Source: an uncultured Acidimicrobiaceae bacterium
GTDB lineage: Bacteria; Actinomycetota; Acidimicrobiia; Spongiisociales; ZC4RG35
Reading direction: 5' to 3'
Assembly: GCA_964454615.1 (NCBI GenBank)
Contig: CAYVTP010000006.1
Location: forward strand, 1-38,058
DNA: 38,058 bases
Position numbers and translations under genes: made by a program. Within the stretch, counting starts at the first letter, position 1. Each line of letters opens with the position of its first letter. The notes under the pieces were generated by a model. It did no database searches, was not told the origin of the DNA, and worked only from the letters and a program-made list of their open reading frames with translations. Below are positions 36,679-38,058 of the stretch, in pieces.

Positions 36679-38058
36679 TCAGCTGGTCAGCAGCGGGGCT
36701 ATGACCAGGCTGACGATTGCCATCACGTTGATCAGGATGTTCATAGAGGGCCCGGATGTGTCCTTCAGGGGGTCGCCGACGGTGTCTCCCACCACGTTGG
36801 CCTTGTGGGTGTCGGACCCCTTGCCGCCGAAGTTGCCCTTCTCGACGTACTTCTTGGCGTTGTCCCAGGCTCCTCCGGCGTTGGCCATGGTGAGGGCGAG
36901 CAGAACGCACCCGAGCAGGGCGCCGCCCAGCATGCCGCCGAGGGCCTCCGCCCCGAGCCCGAAACCGACGACCACCGGTGCCAGGATGGCGATCGATGCC
37001 GGGAGCATCATCCGCTTGATGGCGCCCGTAGTGGCGATGTCAACGCACGCCACCGCGTCCGGCTCGGCGGTTCCTTCGAGCAGCCCGGGGATCTCCCGGA
37101 ACTGACGTCTGATCTCCTGGATCATCTCGAAGGCTGCCTTGCCGACCGCGTTCATGGTGATCGAGGCCACCAGGAACGGGAAGATCCCGCCGATCAGCAT
37201 CCCGATGAGGACATCGGGGTCGGAAATGGCGAGAGCGAACCCGGGTATGCGGTGGCTCACCTCGGCGATGTAGGCGTTGATCAGGGTGAGGGCTGCCAGG
37301 GCCGCGGCCCCTATGGCGAAACCCTTTCCGATTGCCGCGGTGGTGTTGCCCAGCTCATCCAGCGAATCGGTGATCTCACGTGTTTCCTTGCCCAGTGCCG
37401 CCATCTCGGCGATTCCGCCGGCGTTGTCGGCGATGGGGCCGTAGGCGTCGATGGCCATGGTGGCGCCCACGGTCGCCAGCATGCTGACGGCCGCAATGCC
37501 GACTCCGTAGAGGCCCGCCTGCCAGTTGGCCACGAAGATCATCGCGGCGATGGTCAAGACCGGGATGGCAACCGACTGCATGCCGGTGGAAAGCCCCGAG
37601 ATGATCACCGTCGCCGGCCCGGTCTCTCCGGACTTGGCGATGTCCCTCACCGGTTTCCCGGCGGTGTAGTACTCGGTGGACAATCCCACGATCACGCCTC
37701 CGACCGCACCGACGATGGTGGCCACCCAGACGTTGGCCCCGACCTCGACTGCCCTCATCACGAAGAAGGAGGTCACCGCGAACAGGATCGCGGCAGACAT
37801 GGTCCCTGCACGCAGCGCCACCTGTGGCGACCGCCCGGATGTGGCCCTGACGACTCCGATGGCGAGGATCGAGCAGATCAACCCCAGGGAGCTGAGCAGG
37901 AGAGGCAGGGCCATCAGGCTCGCTCCTGGGACCAGGGTGCCGCCCACATCAACCAGCGCCCCTTCACCTCCTGCCTGGAGGACCATGACCGTGGCCAGCG
38001 CCACCGTGGCGATCATGGCACCGCAGTAGGACTCGAAGATGTCCGAGCCCATGCCGGC
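36679..38058 (-). CDS. hppA: Membrane-bound K+-dependent pyrophosphatase, probably Na+-translocating (5' truncated by window edge)
   Basis: [58 protein letters not shown]; frame open to the window end. Confidence 0.95.
   Translation of the reverse strand, partial: AGMGSDIFESYCGAMIATVALATVMVLQAGGEGALVDVGGTLVPGASLMALPLLLSSLGLICSILAIGVVRATSGRSPQVALRAGTMSAAILFAVTSFFVMRAVEVGANVWVATIVGAVGGVIVGLSTEYYTAGKPVRDIAKSGETGPATVIISGLSTGMQSVAIPVLTIAAMIFVANWQAGLYGVGIAAVSMLATVGATMAIDAYGPIADNAGGIAEMAALGKETREITDSLDELGNTTAAIGKGFAIGAAALAALTLINAYIAEVSHRIPGFALAISDPDVLIGMLIGGIFPFLVASITMNAVGKAAFEMIQEIRRQFREIPGLLEGTAEPDAVACVDIATTGAIKRMMLPASIAILAPVVVGFGLGAEALGGMLGGALLGCVLLALTMANAGGAWDNAKKYVEKGNFGGKGSDTHKANVVGDTVGDPLKDTSGPSMNILINVMAIVSLVIAPLLTS

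Noticed and set aside
1-38058. Mobile element, prophage or defence island
   Set aside because: No integrase, transposase, phage, nuclease or toxin genes recognised, and no obvious composition shift by eye.

Overview
High-GC chromosomal segment, probably actinobacterial (inferred from an F420/Ddn-family enzyme, fused MrpAB and many apparently leaderless genes). About 35 genes; I saw no rRNA, tRNA, integrase, transposase or cas gene. The left part is a stress/dormancy neighbourhood: AlkZ/YcaQ-like glycosylase, a ~70-bp tandem repeat array, a baeRF (Balon/Rv2629-like) factor with rtcB and archease, CopCD, Dps, a decayed mntP/gltS pair, PFOR (nifJ) with a DHODH-like partner, hemerythrin-like protein and an M50-CBS protease. 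The right part is an ion-homeostasis cluster: P-type ATPase, mgtE, MFS, soluble PPase, K+ channel, mrpAB-G and a K+-dependent membrane PPase. Strongest non-obvious signals: (1) a 23-codon leader ORF with mutually exclusive hairpins that gate the mgtE ribosome-binding site; (2) a recurring DosR/DevR-like box 29-30 bp from a -10 element and leaderless ATG at four promoters, suggesting a dormancy regulon that includes PFOR; (3) a duplicated baeRF promoter plus start ahead of archease; (4) an XRE-type HTH apparently inserted into a prenyltransferase/cyclase-like protein; (5) a candidate structured leader before mrp; (6) the non-CRISPR tandem repeat. All calls come from reading the sequence; no searches were run.
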